This document shows positions 14,030 to 28,293 of a stretch of DNA of 64,000 nucleotides, in pieces. A program made the position numbers and the translations under genes. Origin of the DNA: Octopus vulgaris (lineage: Eukaryota); the NCBI GenBank assembly GCA_951406725.2, contig OX597826.1:59644001-59708000 (forward strand). The letters run 5' to 3'. Each line of letters starts with the position of its first letter. The stretch's first letter is position 1. The notes beneath the pieces were generated by a model. The model saw nothing but the letters and a program-made list of their open reading frames with translations. It made no database searches and had not been told where the DNA came from.

Positions 14030-14985
14030 GAAACTAGTCCGGCTACTTCGGGCAAACAACGCTAGTAGTCTGGAAAACGTTCCTTCCATTAAACTCAAAT
14101 ATTATGCTCCACAGGTAGTGTATACTCTCCAAACTCAATCCCTCCTGCTCAACAGGGATTTATCCTGATTACTAGCAAGTCGTTACAGTATGCTTTATTC
14201 TCAAGAAAACTCATTACTCTATCCTGGCTAATTATCTCCTTATCGTACTCACTCCTAATAGCTCTGAGATAATGGATATAGCGATTACCAACGACGTTCT
14301 ACTACACCTTCAATCTCTCTCACTTCATTTTCTCCCCTTAATTATCACCAATGCAGTTTCTGTGAAATAAGATCTATTCGGTAGCTAATCTCCGTTACCC
14401 ACCTATGTTTCCTTGGTGATAACAATGTTACCAACAACAAAGCTTTCAACTGTACCTGACGTGTGAATTCCCTATAGATCCTGCTTACAATGAGTTCCAT
14501 CTGTTTCACATCTCTTGGATCGATAGCTTCCTATCAGATCGCAGTATTGACGCATCTGTTGATGCAACAATATTTCACTCTTTCTTTCAATTCTAGCGTT
14601 CCCCAAGGCTCGATTTTGATTCTTTTGCTATTTCCTTCATACATCAACAACTTACTACCTGCCGGCACAGCCGACAACACTTATTCATACACGGATGAGA
14701 CAATATTTCCTTTTTCCCTAATATTCTCCAACAATTTGCAAGCTAGATAACCCTTGCCAAGTCTACACTGATTAGCTGAACAAATCGAATTTACCTTCCA
14801 ATGGCGACATAACAATACCGTTTCTATCAAAAGCAAGAAATACAAATGCTGCTCGTGCCAAGAAGCATCCCCGCATCCAACTCAAATAATCAAGGGCAGT
14901 ACTCAGCTGCAGGTCCCTAAAATTTCTCCATTTGCTGGGTCTCTCCAGCACCGATAATCTCATGTGGAGAAATCCCATCCTGTAT
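14030..14985 (+). mobile_element. Very degenerate CR1/Jockey/L2-group LINE reverse transcriptase remnant
   Basis: ANYLLIVLTP (~14226, compare NYRPISL) and SSVPQGSILILLLFPSYINNL...YSYTDE (compare GVPQGSVLGPxLFxxYINDL...YADD). Confidence 0.7.
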
Positions 14986-15099
14986 AAGCAGTGTGTGTGT
15001 GTGTGTGCATGTGTGCGTGTTTGTGCGTGTTTATGCGTGTGTGTGAGTGTGTATGTGTGTGTATTTGAATGTGTGTGCGTGTGTGTGTGAGTGTGTGTA

Positions 15100-15240
15100 A
15101 CGGGTTTCCTCACACTTTCTGTCAAACATTTTCACTCACAACTTATTGGGAAGACATCTTCTCAAGCTATCGCGCATTGGGACTGAACCCCAAATCATGT
15201 GATGACAAAGTGATCGTTTTAACCACTCAACCATGCCTGA
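15100..15240 (-). mobile_element. SINE family A, diverged 5' fragment
   Basis: gaagacatctt...cgcattgggactgaaccc...accactcaaccatgcct. Confidence 0.65.
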
Positions 15241-15985
15241 GTTTGGTTTAAATTGATTAACCACAAAAATTAAATACCTTAGTTATTGTGTACCCGCTTT
15301 CTTTTTAAGACTGCATTTCTGCCTTGAGGAAAATTTGCTTCACTAGTTCTGGTAGTTAGAATGAAAATAAAGAACATCATACTTTATTAGCTTGTCAAAC
15401 GTTATTGTATGCCTTCAGTTAACTCTAATGATATACTTTAGTATCAAGTAATGTTGCTTACATCATTGTTACTGTTACTTTCGAAGCTCTCTTTGTTCTT
15501 GTTATTGATAGCCATGCTGTATGGATATCATATATTGAACTGGCAAAGATGTTAGCATTTACTGGCATGTCTTGTTCACGTTCTCAGTTCAAAGTTGAAG
15601 ACAACTTTGACTTTCAGCCTTTCGGTGTCGATAAAAAAACTACGATTCAAATACAAGGTTCGATGTAACCGACAAAATTACTACCTCCGCCAAAAAAAAA
15701 AAAAAAAAATAATGGCTACTTTCAAAGTGAGAAGTCATTGATATCATGGTTGATATTTTTGTTGTTGTTTAAGCCTGGATTGATAGTCATTAAACCAATT
15801 TATGATCATGGGCACAGGCTTGGCTATATGGTAAGAAGTCAGATTTCCAAACACACGTATACGGCTTCACTCTCAGTACCTGGCACACTGGGAGAGTCTC
15901 TCTTACTATAGCATCGGGCTGACCAAATCTGTGTAAGTGTATTTGGTTGGCGAAAACTAAAAGAAACCCGTCGTAACTATGTGTG

Positions 15986-16134
15986 TCAGTTTCCGTCTAC
16001 CAAATACACTCACAAGGCTTTGGCCGGCCCGAAGCTATAGTAGAAGACTCGCACAAGGTACCACGCAGTGGGACTGAACACAGAACCATGTGGTCGGTAG
16101 GCAAGCTACTTACTACACAGCCAATACTGCGCCT

Positions 16135-16135
<1 letters not shown>
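15986..16135 (-). mobile_element. SINE family A 5' half, inverted relative to the host copy
   Basis: cagtttccgtctaccaaat...cacgcagtgggactgaac...gcgcct. Confidence 0.85.
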
Positions 16136-16176
<41 letters not shown>

Positions 16177-16214
16177 ATAGATAAATATGTATGAATGTAT
16201 GTGTGTATACACGT

Positions 16215-16251
<37 letters not shown>

Positions 16252-16299
16252 CATACACATACACACACACACGTGCACATATGCATACACACACATATA

Positions 16300-16493
16300 T
16301 CTTCGCCATGTTGGACCACTGAACTCAACCCGTTTTGTTTTCATTCTCTATTTATTTCCTCTTATTCCTTTCTGTGGAAGGGCGTAGGTTCGAAATGTAA
16401 AAGACTTTTCCATCCTTCCCGAGCGTCAAACTAATATACATGCCTGTTGTTCCCACACCGGTTTTCGTCTTTGTTTTATTATAAATTTGAACT
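16300..16493 (+). mobile_element. Short (TA)n-embedded element, subfamily 1, with degenerate hammerhead-like motif (16366-16405)
   Basis: ccttt-CTGTGGA-a-GGGC-gtag-GTTC-GAAATGT-aaaagac; the downstream part is homologous to the 36450 and 42290 regions. Confidence 0.6.
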
Positions 16494-17347
16494 ACACACA
16501 CTCACACACATACATACACATATGTATGTTTATAGATAGATGGATAGACAGATAAACTGAGATATGCATATATATAAATATATATGTGTATCAGGGTATT
16601 TTTCTGTTTGTGAATATCCCTCCCCACCACCGCATGACAACCATTGATGGTGTGGTTACGTCTCCGCAAATAAGCAGTTCGGCAAAAAGATATCCATTGA
16701 AGAAGACGTAACTGGTCCAAAAGGTTATAAGTCGATTAGTTCGACTAAAATTATTCGAGGCGATGCTCCAGCATGGCCGTAGCCCAATTACTAAAACAGG
16801 TAAAATATAAAAGACGAAAGTGCAGACGACATAAAGATGGCATCAGATTCTAATAGATCATAACTGTAATCAACGTGTCCTTCCGTTTTGAAGACTGTAC
16901 AATGTAATTTGAGGAAGACTGACTTCTATTTCTAAGAGAACAAGGAAAACTATTCGCAACGATGTAAAGTTCTGTCTTTCGTTAATTATCATTGTTTACT
17001 GTTTTTGGATTTTTTTTATATTCTTGATGTTAATTTTTTTTTTTATTAGCATTACTTTTTTTTTTATTAGATTTCGTGCATGTTGTTTTTCACATCTTTA
17101 TAATTGTTTTGCTTCTGGCTGATAATGATGTTCTTGTCATTTTGGTTGATAATGTTATTGTTGTTATTGGCGATGTCAATGTTTTTTGTTGAATATTTTA
17201 TTTTATTTTATTTTTATTTTATTTTCATGACATCCCAATTTTTTTTCTCCTTTCGTTATACTCTCATCTATTATATTTCAATGTGTTTTTATTAACACAT
17301 TTTTTAAATCCCTAAACACATTTATTTATTTATTTATTATCTTTCCT

Positions 17348-17716
<369 letters not shown>

Positions 17717-18649
17717 TATTGTTATCATTTTGCTGTTCTTTTTGCGCGAAACATCTGCAGCAACCCTCACCACTCGACAAAACACTTACACTCCACTCTA
17801 GATTTCTCTACTCAACTCCACTCCTGCCGTTCACATCCCCTTACCACCACCACCACCACACTACAGTTGCACTCTTCTTTTTGCATATCGCTTACACCGC
17901 TCTCACCCAGGTTTACCTCTTTGTTTGCCTCTCTCCCTTATTTTACTTACAAATCTTGTTATCAATCTCACTCTTACCATATGCTTTTTACACACAGCAC
18001 ACACAATTTCTCTCCCTCTACCTGTTTGCCTATCTGTCTCTGTTTTTCTGTCTCTCTGTCTCTGTCTGTCTGTCTCTCTCTCCCTCTACCGCCCTCTCTG
18101 TCTCTCTGTCTCTCTTGCAGCTCCTATTTGTTTTTAACTTTTATCAATACATATTTTGTCTTCGAGCCTAACCCTGGGGCCAAATGCAGATCATATAAAT
18201 AAATAGCCGCTGTCCCCAACACACAAGTCCCAGCCTCATCCTTAGAGGCTGGTGGCGAAGACTGGAATTTTTAATTAGTTTTCACTGTTAGACACAAAGA
18301 TGGATGTTCCAACCCGTTTATCATCATCCAACGTTAACTTCATTTCATTTTCACTTGCACACGCGCAGAGACACGCACACATACGTATACGCACATGTAC
18401 AACAACACTGACAAATTGAAACATGCATACGCATATAGTGTATATTGGGCATATATTAATGTGTGTATATTTGGGCGTGCATGCAAATGCATGTTCCTGT
18501 GTCCTCTTGAAATTTACCGTCTGTTTGTGGTGTGTGCCTGTGGTGGTCATCTACCATAGCTACATAATTCTGGCTATGATATATTGTGTATTAGTAATAA
18601 AAGGGTAAAAACATATGTATGTACGCAAATACATATGTGTTGTATATAA

Positions 18650-18704
<55 letters not shown>

Positions 18705-18789
18705 CATATATACATACATATATGTATATATGTGTGATATGTATATACAAATATATATATATATATACTTGTATACATATATATATACA

Positions 18790-18880
<91 letters not shown>

Positions 18881-18902
18881 ATGTGTGTGTGTGTGTTTGT
18901 AT

Positions 18903-19108
18903 TCTTTTATTCTTTTACTCTTTTATATGTTTCAGTCATTTGAGTGCAGCCATGCTGGAGTACCGCCTGTAATCGAGCACATCAACTCTAGGACTTATTC
19001 TTTGTAAGTCTAGTACTTATTCTATCGGTCGTGTTTGCCGAACCGCTCTGTTACGGGGACGTAAACACAGTAGCATCGGTTGACAAGCGATGCAAGTGGA
19101 ACAAAGAT

Positions 19109-19176
<68 letters not shown>

Positions 19177-19329
19177 GACAAGTTTGTTTCAGTTTCCGTA
19201 TACCAAATCCTCTCACACGCATTTGGTCGGCCCGAGCTATAGTTGAAGATATTTTCCCAAGGTGCCACGCATTGGGACTGAACCCGGGACCATGTGGTTT
19301 GTAATCAAGCTTCTTACCGCATAGCCACG
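18903..19329 (-). mobile_element. SINE family A (CORE-type), near full length
   Basis: Reverse complement of the 37641 copy, with an internal (CA)n tract and a (CTCTTTTA)-like tail. Confidence 0.9.
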
Positions 19330-19439
19330 TATATATATATATATATGTGTGTGTCTGTGTATGTGTATGTATACACACATATATATATACATATATATAT
19401 GTATGTATGTATGTATATATATGTATGTATGTATATATA

Positions 19440-19612
19440 TCTGATAAACGACGTTGGTGTGTTTACGTCCCCGTAATTAGCGGTTCAGCAAAAGATATCG
19501 ATAGGATTAATACTAGGCTTACAATGAATGAGTCCTGGAGTTGATTTGTTCGACTAAAAGTGGTGCTCCAGCATGGTTGCAGTCAAATGACCGAAACGAA
19601 TAAAAGAATATA
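19440..19612 (+). mobile_element. SINE family A, 3' half
   Basis: ggtgtgtttacgtccccgtaa...ggtgctccagcatgg...gaaacgaataaaag. Confidence 0.85.
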
Positions 19613-19944
19613 TATACAGAAACTTTCATTACGTTATTGCTATTCAAGTATGTGTGTATATCTCAGTGTATGTGTGTGTATGTGTGTATACACATATAAA
19701 TACACACATACAATGTTCTCCAAACACACACACATATACTGGGAGATAGAAAGACAGAGAGAGACATAGAAATTGTTTTTTTCTTTAGGCACAAGGCTAG
19801 CAATTCAAATGGGATGGGTAAGTCGATTACATCGACCCAAGTGCTCTCTTGGTACTTATTTTATCGACTCAAAGATTATGAATAACAAATATGGAATACT
19901 TCAAAATATATTTTCAACATCCCAGTGTCTCTAGCAGATTGCCG

Positions 19945-20104
19945 AGGAGTGGCCGTGTGGTAAGTAGCTTGCTTACCAACCACATGGTTCCGGGTTCAGT
20001 CCCACTGCGTGGCACCTTGGGCAAGTGTCTTCTACTATAGCCTCGGGCCGACCAAAGCCTTGTGAGTGGATTTGGTAGACAGAAAGTGAAAGAAGCCCGT
20101 CGTA

Positions 20105-20161
<57 letters not shown>

Positions 20162-20371
20162 ATATGTTTCTGTGTCTGTGTTTGTCCCCCTAGCATTGCT
20201 TGACAACCGATGCTGGTCCCCGTCACTTAGCGGTTCGGCAAAAGGGACCGATAGAATAAGTACTGGGCTTACAAAAGTATAAGCCCCGGGGTCGAGTTGC
20301 TCGATTAAAGGCGGTGCTCCAGCATGGCCGCAGTCAAAATAACTGAAACAAGTAAAAGAGTGTAAAGAGTA
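19945..20371 (+). mobile_element. SINE family A (CORE-type), full length
   Basis: A-box-like tggccgtgtgg, B-box-like ggttcagtccc, CORE-like ggcaccttgggcaagtgtctt, internal (TA)n, tail gtaaaagagt. Confidence 0.92.
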
Positions 20372-20424
20372 TATTTATGCAGTAGGAACCACAACAACAT
20401 CAACGGCGGCAATTGTTTGCGAGT

Positions 20425-20720
20425 CCCTACAAGACGGGGGATATGAAGAAATTAATTGTTAATATAACATTCTTTTGCAAATAGTCTACAAATTGTAGGC
20501 AGGAACGAGGAATCAGAAATATGTTTTGCATTTATGAGGACTTACAACCCAATGTAAAAGACGTTTATAATTTATGAATGAATTAATGGAATTTTAGACA
20601 TCAGGAAGTTCAATAATTCTAAGAATTGAACCAACATAAATAATCCACTGGGTGAAGAGTATTGTAATTAAATAATTGAAATATGTTATGTAAGAAAAAT
20701 GAAAATGTGCAATAAAGTAT
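20425..20720 (+). mobile_element. Possible very old Penelope-like RT/linker remnant
   Basis: GYEEIN...FAFMRTYNP resembles the RGYP...PFVxTYNP linker of Penelope elements; the match is weak. Confidence 0.3.
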
Positions 20721-20919
20721 TCATGAATGAAACGATGCTATTTTGCTCAAGAAAAACAATAAAATATGGCAGGCGGATGTAAACATTTCTCAAAGACAAG
20801 AAGAGATAATATCGAAAAAATTTAACATTGTGTTTAACATAAAAATTTGCATTGTTGGGAAATGCTCTCTCTCTTTCTCTCTATCTCTCTCTCTCTCTCT
20901 CTCCCTCTCTCTCCCTCTT

Positions 20920-20979
<60 letters not shown>

Positions 20980-21223
20980 AAGCCCATATAAGTATGGGGT
21001 GAAATGATCCCAAATATACTTGCAGAGCGCGTTAAGCAATTAAAATTGAGTACTTTGTAACGATTCTTGAATTGGAGAGAAAGAGAGGGTGGTTATTGCA
21101 ATCAAATGAGCAACTGTTTATTTGAATCTAAACTCTCTACAAGGAAAGCGAAATGCACTTACATATTTGGTACCGTTTGTGTTTATTCGGTTATTGACGT
21201 ATATATCGGTCTGTACGCAAATG

Positions 21224-21277
<54 letters not shown>

Positions 21278-21417
21278 GAAATACATTTGTATATATCTGC
21301 ATACAGATCTATATTTAACTAACTATCTATATACATGTATACATACATATGTATATATGCGTACATACCTAAATGCATATACATGCATATGTACCTAATT
21401 ATCTATATATTGATAAT

Positions 21418-21630
21418 TTCAATATGTGACCGCGTGTGTATCGTTGGCGATTTTCTTTCTCCGTCTTCCCTTCTTTGGACTTTTTCTATATTTCTGATGA
21501 AGATCTCCGCTTGAAACGTGAACTCCTCTTTCTTTTTGTTCCTTCCCTGAGCGTCCAATAACACTGTACTTATTGCACGTCCTCACGTTGTTGTTTTTTC
21601 TTGCTTGTTCATGTTTGGATTTGTCATCAA
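21418..21630 (+). mobile_element. Short (TA)n-embedded element, subfamily 2
   Basis: Homologous to 9215-9432. Confidence 0.65.
21489..21524 (+). ncRNA. Hammerhead-ribozyme-like motif with canonical CTGATGA core and decayed stem II
   Basis: attt-CTGATGA-a-GATC-tcc-GCTT-GAAACGT-gaac. Confidence 0.5.
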
Positions 21631-21663
21631 TATATACATATATATACATATACACATACACAC

Positions 21664-21718
<55 letters not shown>

Positions 21719-21741
21719 AAATACATATACATATATACACA

Positions 21742-22117
21742 TGACAAACGGATTAAGTCAATCATATCGACCCCAGTGTGTAACTGGCACTCAATTCATC
21801 GACCCCGAAAGGGTAAAAAGCAGACTCGACCTCGGCGGAATTTGAACTCAGAACGTAACAGCAGATGAAATACCTATTTCTTTATTACCCGCAAGGGGCT
21901 AAACACAGAGGGGACAAAAAAGGACAGACATAGGTATTAAGTCGATTACATCGACCCCAGTGCGTAACTGGTACTTAATTTATCGACCCCGAAAGGATGA
22001 AAGGATGAAAGGCAAAGTCGACCTCGGCGGAATTTGAACTCAGAACGTAACGGCAGATAAAATACTGCTAAGCATTTCGCCTCGGCGTGCTAACGTTTCT
22101 GCCAGCTCGCCGCCTTA
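21742..22117 (-). mobile_element. SINE family B, head-to-tail dimer
   Basis: Two copies of gacctcggcggaatttgaactcagaacgtaa about 190 bp apart. The minus-strand head reads ggcggcgagctggcagaaacgttagc...gagttcaaattc (A- and B-box-like). Confidence 0.9.
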
Positions 22118-22134
22118 TAATTCCATTTCTGTAT

Positions 22135-22520
22135 GGGTGGTGGAAGCACTCCGTCGGTTACGACGACGAGGGTCCGGTTGATCCGATCAACGGAACAGCT
22201 TGCTCGTGAAATTAACGTGTAAGTGGCTGAGCACTCCACAGACACGTGCACCCTTAACGTAGTTCTCGGGGATATTCAGCGTGACACAGAGAGTGACAAG
22301 GCCGGCCCTTTGAAATACAGGTACAACAGAAACAGGAAGTAAGAGTGAGAGAAAGTTGTGGTGAAAGAGTACAGTAGGGATTACCACCATCATTGCCAGA
22401 GCCTTGTGGAGCTTTAGGTGTTTTCGCTCAATAAACACTCACAACGCCCGGTCTGGAAATCGAAACAGCGATCTTACGACCCGGAGTCCGCTGCCCTAAC
22501 CACTGGGCCATTGCGCCTCC
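22135..22520 (-). mobile_element. SINE family C (tRNA-derived head), full length, with target-site duplication
   Basis: Minus-strand head ggaggcgcaatggcccagtggttagggcagcggac...gtttcgatttcc. The direct repeat atttctgtat flanks it at 22125-22134 and 22521-22530. Confidence 0.9.
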
Positions 22521-22639
22521 ATTTCTGTATAGCTGACTTTATAATACGGCATTACAATATGATAAAATGGGTGGCGGAGTAAATATTAATACATGATACG
22601 GGGAAAAGAGAGAGAGAGCGAGGGTGAATGAGACAGACT

Positions 22640-22681
<42 letters not shown>

Positions 22682-23256
22682 CAGACAGAGAGGCAGACGG
22701 ACACAGTATGCTGGTGATGAAAAGGAGGCAACAAGGATGATGACAGATTGATATACAAAGGAAGGGAGGAGGACAATATAGAGTTGGCAGTTATAACGAA
22801 GGAGTGGTAAACAGAAAATTGAAGCGGGAGTCAAGGAATATAAATATTCCTTGCGTCGTTGCTGCTTTCCCTGCTGCTGTTGCTGCTGCTGCTGCTGCCA
22901 TTGCCGCCGTTGCTGGTGATGATGACAATGTTGATGGTGATCAATCACTTTGGTGATGTCTATGATGATGATGATTACGAATAAGTTTCTTATAAAGATA
23001 AGTAGAAGCAAGAGTGAAATGGAAGTGAATAGGGAAGCGAAAGACGGGGGGGGGAGGAGTGAGGAGGAGGAGGGGAAAATGGAGGAGGGAGAAGATGAGT
23101 AGTAGGAGATTAAGTAGTAGAAGGGAGGGAAAATGGGATGAAAAAGAAGTAGGAGAATACAGGGAGGGACAAAATAAAGAAGATAAAGTAGGAGATGAAG
23201 AAGGAGATGAAGAAGTTGAAGAGGTTGAAGAAGCTGAAGAACAAGAAGATGTTGAA

Positions 23257-23287
<31 letters not shown>

Positions 23288-23923
23288 GAGGAAGAGAAGA
23301 AGAAGTTGATGATGAGGAAGATGATAATGATAATGGTGATGCAGATGAAGAAGTGAGATGAAATGAGATTACAATGATGATTATGACAATAGTGGTGATG
23401 ATGACGACGACGACGACGATGATGATGATGATGATGATGATGATGACGCTATGATGTCGACGAATTCGACGACGATTACGACGACGGCGACGACGCAACG
23501 ATCGCATTCACGAATTAGACGAATGAGGCTGAATTCAAGTTTTTCAGTTTTGGAATAAGTAATTTTAATGTTGAAAATTCGCTTCAGAATGACTGTGTTA
23601 CAACGATCACTCTAAACATACGTGTTTCAACCATACCTATAATATTTATTTCTTACTCTGTATCAGGTAAGAACCTATTTTTAAAGGATGCTGTGTCTTG
23701 TGATGTGAAGAAAATTAATGCGGCTTCTGTAATATCTGTATTAACCCCTAGATAGCTTCATAATATTTCGGGCAACAACTCTTCAGTGACCTGAGCTATG
23801 CCATATACACTTATGAAACTTTGCATTACGTAGAAGCTACCATTACGTCGACGTCGTCGTTGTTATCTCCATCATCATCATCATCATCATCATCGTCGTC
23901 GTCATCATCATCATCATCATCAA

Positions 23924-23964
<41 letters not shown>

Positions 23965-25614
23965 CCATCATCGTCATGAACACCCTGTTGTTTATTTTGG
24001 TTTTTGTCGCTTTATATATGGATTTGGCAGAGGAATTGTTGTAAGAAGAAAATGAATATGGTGCATGCAGAGAGGAGAAATAGCAAGGGGGTTGGGAAAG
24101 GAAAAAGTTTTATGATTGCAGAATCTGGGTATAGAGAAAGTGATGGTAGAGACAGTTTTCCCGGTTTGGTATAGAATGTTTTTTATTGACTCCGTGTAGT
24201 ACAGCATATATGTAAAAGTGTAGAATTTAGCGATGGGGTTCATGTAACAGACTTGTGATATTCAGGCAAGAATTTATGTTGGTTAAAATGTTTCTAACGA
24301 CAAATCACTATTCTTTTTCTACAGGATTTTTCAAAAGGAAAAGTTTACACATAGTACTAAGATTAATTATACTTTCACCTTTGATATGAAATAAATCCTA
24401 TTGCATAAATTCCATTCACATTTGAGGTCAGTGAGCCCATCAAAAACCTTTAGAATTTTCACAGAGTGGTTAAGGTCGCACCAAAGCCAATCATGAAGTA
24501 CATATCATAACAAGATATGAACCCATACCATGCTCATATTGACATTTTCTGATCTAACAGAATTTCAAAATGGCGCCGCTCATTCAGATAAGTTTACAGT
24601 TGTAATGATACAAAACTTGCACGAAAAATCCAAGTGCTAGTTCCAAAATCATTAAGATTTTGTTTTCTAGAAATCTCGTATCCAGTTTTGTATATAACCG
24701 CTAAAATGGAGATTGTTACTTTCTCCGTGCATGAGCGGAAATCTATATTCTGTTGGTAGACATACCGATCATCAGATCTCCAGGACGCGCTTTTTTTTTT
24801 TTTGTTTTTGTTTTTTTGGCTGTAAGGAAAGTAAAATTCTCATGGAATTCCCCTCCCTCTTAAAATACCCTGAAGTTTCTCTCCATAAGTTTTCCAGACT
24901 ACACTCCTTCTACCCTGCTGCTCTTTCTATTCTCTTTCCTCAGTCTGCCAGTCTCAATCGCTCCATCTCTGTTTCACTTCTCTTTTGCTCCATCACTCCC
25001 GATTAACAAATGTGAACAGACGTATGTTAAAGTGCGAGTGTGTCTCCATATGTGTATTTGCATATACATGAGTAAGTGTGAATGATAAGTACGAGCGTGT
25101 ATGTGTGGAAGCTTTACAGTGCTTTTACCCTTGGAAAAATTAGTTTATTGTAGGGAGTAGAGCAGATGGTTCCCCACAGTCAGCCTAATTGTACGTTTCT
25201 ATATGTGAGTACTGCTGCATGTGCGTGTGTTTATGTGCTTGTCTTTGTGAGTGTGTGTTTGTCTGCATCTATATATGTAGGCACGAATGCATTAGAGCTT
25301 CTTTGTCTAAAGTAGCAGGGAGATTTCACGTTCGTATTGACATTGCACTTTCACTCATCTCAAATGTTTGTTCACAAAATTTTAATTTCAGGCTCTTTTT
25401 TTCTATATACATGATCATCGGTAACAAACTTGGTCTTTGCCTTAATACCTTCAATAATATATATTATAGGACGCAGGATTGGGGCTGCTAAAATGGATGG
25501 GAAAATAGTAAGAAAAAGAGTTAATCGCTTTTTTGAAATTGACTGCGTTCATTGTGCACTCGATCAATTATATATTGAATAAAACGGAGAGAAGGAAGTA
25601 TCATTACTGCACCA

Positions 25615-25800
25615 GACAAAAATGTTTTGCAGCAATTCTTCCGACTTTACGTTCCGAGTTCAAATTCCACCTATGTCGCCATTGCCTTCCATCGTTTTAG
25701 GGATAAAGAAACTATCTATTAGATGAGGACTGCAGTCAGTATAATCACCAAACGCCCTTTCCCAGGTTGCAGGCCTTAAGAATATAATAGTAAGAATTAT
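25615..25800 (+). mobile_element. SINE family B, diverged copy
   Basis: ttacgttccgagttcaaattcc...gccttccatcgtttt. Confidence 0.7.
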
Positions 25801-26454
25801 ATATTACTTGAATAAATAATTATTTATCTATATTTCCAAAGATACAGGAGTACCCTCATGTACATTTATCAATCTACGGTCACTATACAGGTATTCAAGC
25901 TCAATTAAATACATACATAAATGTGTGCATACATACACACATATATACATACATACACACATACATATATACATACATACATAAGCACGTACATACTTAC
26001 ATACAAACACACATACTTGCATGCGTACGTACACGCAATTACACACGTCTGCACGGATCCTTCATCTACATATAGGTGTATGTGTGTGTGTGTGTCTGCA
26101 TAAATAATTATCAGAAGTTTTAGAGTGTCTTAAGTGTTGCACGTTTCGCGCATTAGCAATGTTCAAACTTCACAACATTCAATGCGCTCAGCTCTTCAGC
26201 GGCATAATAATGACGTAACGTCCTATATATTCATATTTTCCAGTCTGCACATATATAAAGTTGTACATATATACGCATATATAAATATACATACACACAC
26301 ACACACATACGTTTATTAGCCATAACGGTTTAAACAAAATGAAAAAAAAAAAGAAAAAGAAAAGAATCCGAGCGCTGACAAAATTATAAACATTGCTAGT
26401 GGTTTACATAGGTCACGTGGAAAAGCGACAAATACAGCAGCAAATAACATCTTG

Positions 26455-26953
<499 letters not shown>

Positions 26954-27214
26954 TGGCGATTATAATAATGCTAATAAAGTTAATAATAATAATGGTATTT
27001 TAAACGTATTTACGTTATAAAGCTAAGGGCTAAAATCCTCACAGACATGTAAGAGACATTTACCACAAACATAGCGTAGATTATCGTCGGCATTACCTCC
27101 ATGGTCCTCGTCACCAACGTGATAATCAACATCAACTTTATTTATTTATTTATTTACTTATTATTGTTATTGTTGTTGATGTTGTTCGTATCGTTGTTGC
27201 TGCTGTTGTTGTTG

Positions 27215-27283
<69 letters not shown>

Positions 27284-27821
27284 CTATTATTATTATTATT
27301 ATTATTATCATTATTGTTATTATTATTGTTATTAATTAACTTGCTATTTGATACGACCTTCCATCAGCAGTAAATAATTGGGAAGTTTTCAAGCCGGAAG
27401 TGAGATACGTAGCGGTAGAAGAAATGTAATCCATCAATAGAGAGATATACAGAGAGATCCATAAAGAGACAGAAATAAAGAAGGAGAGAGGAGCATACAA
27501 GGAGAGAGAGAGAAAGAGAGAGAGAGAGAAAGAGTAAGAGAGAAAGAGTGAGAGAGAAAGAGGAGGAGCACGTAGTTTTGTTAGTGGTAGCCAACGTCTG
27601 ATGAAAATCTAATTAATTGTTGACACGTAACGGACAATCCACTGGGGGATTTGAAACTTCGTCTTAGAAATTAAAATGGTTTTTGCTCTTAATGACGTCA
27701 GATTATGCTGTAGGCTCGCTCTGAGTGGCATGGTGGTCGACGTTCACATCATCGAGCATACAATGCAAAGGGCACTTTTACTGAGTAGCAGAGTGTTTCA
27801 CTGGAGGCGCTGCCAGTAAGT

Positions 27822-27846
27822 GTAGCAGCAGCAGCAGCAGTAGTAA

Positions 27847-27928
<82 letters not shown>

Positions 27929-28110
27929 TGTAGTAGTAGTAGCAGCAGCAGCAGCAGTAGTAGTGGTAGTAGCAGCAGCGCAGTAGTAGTAGTAGAAGTA
28001 GTAGTAGTAGTAGTAGTAGAAATAGTAGTAGTAGTAGTAGTAGTAGTAGCAGCAGCAGCAACAGTAGTAGTAGCAGTAGTAGTAGCAGTAGTAGCAGTAG
28101 TAGCAGTAGC

Positions 28111-28166
<56 letters not shown>

Positions 28167-28196
28167 CAGCAGCTGCAGTAGTATTAGTAGTAGTAT

Positions 28197-28284
<88 letters not shown>

Positions 28285-28293
28285 TGTAGTAGT
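27822..28293. repeat. (TAG)n/(CAG)n compound microsatellite
   Basis: Directly visible. Confidence 0.97.

Larger units (their letters stand above)
15810..16812 (+). mobile_element. Old SINE family A copy split by nested insertions (5' half 15810-15975, 3' half ~16590-16812)
   Basis: Diverged head ggcacaggcttggctatatggtaag and diverged tail gcgatgctccagcatggcc...aaacaggtaaaa. Confidence 0.7.

Noticed and set aside
22440-22520. tRNA gene candidates in SINE heads (also ~52830, ~59290 and family A heads)
   Set aside because: A/B-box-like motifs are present, but I see no complete cloverleaf and each continues into a SINE body.
23059-23361. Acidic Glu/Asp-rich 100-aa ORF
   Set aside because: GAA/GAT/GAG low complexity contiguous with microsatellites, with no splice or homology support.
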